Part shown: positions 61,314 to 64,000 of the stretch, piece by piece
How positions within the stretch are numbered: the stretch's first letter is position 1
Layout: the number at the start of each line of letters is the position of its first letter
From: an uncultured Acidobacteriota bacterium
GTDB taxonomy: Bacteria > Acidobacteriota > Vicinamibacteria > Vicinamibacterales > UBA8438
NCBI GenBank assembly: GCA_913043225.1
Contig: CAJWLU010000014.1
Span: forward strand, 18,903-82,902
Direction of reading: 5' to 3'
Length of the DNA stretch: 64,000 nucleotides
Notes under the pieces: model-generated
What the model saw: the letters and a program-made list of their open reading frames with translations, nothing else
Databases searched by the model: none
What the model was told of the DNA's origin: nothing
Program-made: the position numbers and the translations under genes

Positions 61314-63155
61314 TCACGCCTCTATCCACCCGCCCCACCGCTTCACATAGGCGCCCAACACCGCCACCGCCGCCGGGGTCACCCCAGGCACCCTGGCCGC
61401 CTGTCCCAACGTCGCTGGGCCAACACCGGTCAACCGCTCCTGCACCTCCCGCGACAGACCCGGGACCCGGTCGAACGGAAACCCCGACGGTATCCGCCGG
61501 CGCTCATCCCTTCGCTGTCGGGCGACCGTAGCTTCCTGCCGCCGCAGGTATCCCTCGTACTTCACTTCGGTTTCGACGCTCGACAGCTCGACCATCTCCG
61601 GGCCCGGTCCTGTCTCCACCTGGACCGCTCCCTCCGACGCTAGACCCGCCAGCGATACACCGGGTCGCCTCAGCACCTGCGTCAGCTCGACAGTCCTGGC
61701 GCCATCCCTAACTCGGCCGGCCCTCACCCGGGCGAGATTCCGTTCATAGCGGCCCTGGCGGGCACCAAACCTCTCCCATGCCAAATCCCCGACCAACCCC
61801 ACCTCTCTCCCTCTTGGAGTCAGCCGAAGATCCGCGTTGTCTATCCGCAACAACAGGCGGTGCTCCGCTCGCGACGTGAACATCCGATACGGCTCCAGGC
61901 ACCCCCCCGTAGTCAGATCGTCGACCATCACCCCTAGATACGCTTCCGCCCGACTCAGCACGAACTTACCCTCACCCCGTACCTGCCGAGCCGCATTCAC
62001 GCCGGCAACCAGACCTTGCCCCGCCGCCTCCTCGTACCCAGAGGTGCCATTCACCTGACCCGCCAAGAACAGGCCCCGAATCCTCTTCGTCTCGAGCGTT
62101 CGTGCCAATTCCGTTGGCTGAATGAAGTCATACTCCACGGCGTACCCCGGACGCAGCATCTCTGCCTGACTCAATCCCGGCAGGCTCCGCACGATCCGTT
62201 CCTGCACCGACGCCGGCAAGCTCATGGAGCAGCCGCTCAGGTACACCTCCTCCACGTCGACGCCTTCCGGCTCCAGAAACAGCTGATGCCGCTCCCTCTC
62301 CGGAAACCGCATCACCTTGTCCTCGAGCGACGGACAGTACCGCGGGCCGATGCCTTGAATCTGACCGTTATAGAGCGGGGACTCGGCCAGATGCTTGCGC
62401 ACCAATCCATGCGCCTTGTCCCCCGTGTGGATGATGTGGCAGAGGACTTGTTCTCGCTCTACCCGGCCTGTACTGAATGAGAACGGCACCGGTTCAACAT
62501 CCCCACGCTCCTCCTTCAACCCGTCGTACTCGATACTCCCTTTCGCCAACCGTGGAGGGGTGCCCGTCTTCAACCGGCCCCACACCAACCCGAGCGCCCG
62601 CAGCGACTCTCCGAGCTGGATAGACGCAGGTTCGCCCAACCGCCCCGCCGGCCGGGTCTCTGGCCCGACGTGAATCAGCCCGTTCAGGAACGTTCCGGTC
62701 GTCACTACCACCGACCGACCCCACACCGGCGTCCCATCCTCCAGCTCAACGCCGCGAGCGACCTGCCCCGAAACAGCCACCCGGCCGACCCGGCCGACCA
62801 CCCACTCGATCCCCGGCATCGCATCCAGCCGTCTTCGCATCCACTCGCCATAGCGACGCTTGTCCGCCTGCGCCCGCGGCGACCAGACCGCCGGCCCTCG
62901 GCTGCGATTCAGCAACTTGAACTGAATGCCGGTGGCATCGATCGCGCGCCCCATCAACCCACCCAGCGCATCGATCTCACGAACCAGATGTCCTTTGGCC
63001 GTGCCACCCACGGCCGGATTGCATGGCATCTGCGCCACCGTCTCTCTAGACAGCGTGCACAACGCTACCGAACACCCCACCGTCGCCGCGGCATGCGCCG
63101 TCTCCACGCCGGCGTGACCGGCGCCCACGACGACCACGTCGTAGACCCTCCTCAT
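61314..63155 (-). CDS. mnmG: tRNA uridine-5-carboxymethylaminomethyl synthesis enzyme MnmG
   Basis: [58 protein letters not shown]. Confidence 0.97.
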   Translation of the reverse strand: MRRVYDVVVVGAGHAGVETAHAAATVGCSVALCTLSRETVAQMPCNPAVGGTAKGHLVREIDALGGLMGRAIDATGIQFKLLNRSRGPAVWSPRAQADKRRYGEWMRRRLDAMPGIEWVVGRVGRVAVSGQVARGVELEDGTPVWGRSVVVTTGTFLNGLIHVGPETRPAGRLGEPASIQLGESLRALGLVWGRLKTGTPPRLAKGSIEYDGLKEERGDVEPVPFSFSTGRVEREQVLCHIIHTGDKAHGLVRKHLAESPLYNGQIQGIGPRYCPSLEDKVMRFPERERHQLFLEPEGVDVEEVYLSGCSMSLPASVQERIVRSLPGLSQAEMLRPGYAVEYDFIQPTELARTLETKRIRGLFLAGQVNGTSGYEEAAGQGLVAGVNAARQVRGEGKFVLSRAEAYLGVMVDDLTTGGCLEPYRMFTSRAEHRLLLRIDNADLRLTPRGREVGLVGDLAWERFGARQGRYERNLARVRAGRVRDGARTVELTQVLRRPGVSLAGLASEGAVQVETGPGPEMVELSSVETEVKYEGYLRRQEATVARQRRDERRRIPSGFPFDRVPGLSREVQERLTGVGPATLGQAARVPGVTPAAVAVLGAYVKRWGGWIEA

Positions 63156-63168
63156 TCCTTCACCTCAC

Positions 63169-64000
63169 CTACTTACCAATGCAGAACCGTTCGAAGATCT
63201 GCTCCAGCACCTGGTCCGGCGTACGGCTCCCCGTCAATTCCTCGAACGTCGTCCTCGCCCGCGCCATATCGGCCAGCACGAACTCCTCCGCCGCACCCTG
63301 GGCCACGCTCCTCTCGGCAGCCCCCAGCGCCGCCGCCGCCTGCTCCAACAATCTCGTATGCCGACGATTTGCCACCGCCGGACTGTCGCGCAACGGCTCT
63401 CCCCCCCCCAACGCCTGCACCAGCGCCGACCGCAACCGCACCAATCCTTCTCCGGTCGCGGCCGACACCTCGACCACCCCGATCCCATCCAGGCCTTCAA
63501 ACTCCCGCGGTTGCCACGCTGCCGGAAGATCGACCTTGTTGACCGCCACCACACGCGGTACTTCGTCGGCCTCCCGCAGTGCCTGCAACTCCGCCTCACT
63601 CCACGCGCGCGAACGGTCCAGCACCACCAGCGCCACCGACGCTACCCCGACCGCCCCGCGCGCCCGAGCCACCCCTTCCTCCTCGACCAGGTCAGTGGCC
63701 GGCCGGAGGCCCGCCGAATCGACCAGAGTGACCGCGAGACCGTCGACGTCCAGCCGCTCGGTCACCAGGTCTCTTGTGGTCCCCGGCTGGCCCGCTACGA
63801 TCGACCTGGATGATCCAAGTAACGCATTGAAAATAGAAGACTTGCCGGCATTTGGTGTCCCGAGGATCACCACCTGACACCCTTCCCGAACCAACCGTCC
63901 CTGTGACGCCTCTGCCAACGTTTCCTCGATCTTGCCTCGGACCATCGCGATCCCCTCCGCGACCTCGGCCGGCGTAATGAAGTGATACCCCTCCTCGGGA
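63169..64000 (-). CDS. mnmE: tRNA modification GTPase MnmE (5' end beyond window)
   Basis: GTPNAGKSS, GTTRD, DSAG, NKVD, terminal FCIGK; frame open to the window edge (PEEGYHFI). Confidence 0.96.
   Translation of the reverse strand, partial: PEEGYHFITPAEVAEGIAMVRGKIEETLAEASQGRLVREGCQVVILGTPNAGKSSIFNALLGSSRSIVAGQPGTTRDLVTERLDVDGLAVTLVDSAGLRPATDLVEEEGVARARGAVGVASVALVVLDRSRAWSEAELQALREADEVPRVVAVNKVDLPAAWQPREFEGLDGIGVVEVSAATGEGLVRLRSALVQALGGGEPLRDSPAVANRRHTRLLEQAAAALGAAERSVAQGAAEEFVLADMARARTTFEELTGSRTPDQVLEQIFERFCIGK

Noticed and set aside
59650..61643. ORF-track ORFs in and overlapping the parS spacer (e.g. 59666-59998, 60430-60939, 60564-61643)
   Set aside because: No recognisable motifs; FHVE/VPRGT peptides are translated parS; others are antisense shadows of rsmG/mnmG.

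Overview
GC-rich bacterial chromosome segment close to the replication origin. The right end carries mnmE-mnmG-rsmG, three parS sites, parA-parB and an F1-only atpHAGDC operon. Gene content resembles Acidobacteriota (Vicinamibacterales-like), which is inference. Most of the window is housekeeping or periplasmic enzymes (CopA, M61/M1/M20 peptidases, TonB receptor, PQQ enzyme, ClpS/ClpA, DsbD, DusB, SurA, Mfd, Wzm/Wzt). The ORF track misses several things. (1) Two genes have an in-frame TGA exactly at the first Cys of a CxxC motif, each followed by a SECIS-like hairpin, so both are likely selenoproteins: a two-domain protein-disulfide oxidoreductase (UPHC) and a membrane-anchored PCYCGC-family protein (USHC). 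(2) A regulatory cassette links a FleQ-like sigma54 activator, FleQ-type boxes, an IHF-like tract and a consensus -24/-12 promoter to an orphan sigma28, next to a stand-alone HisKA microprotein and an HTH protein. (3) An intergenic element of about 175 nt is highly structured. (4) Several genes look leaderless. (5) There are three decayed gene relics. No rRNA, tRNA, CRISPR array or transposase was seen.
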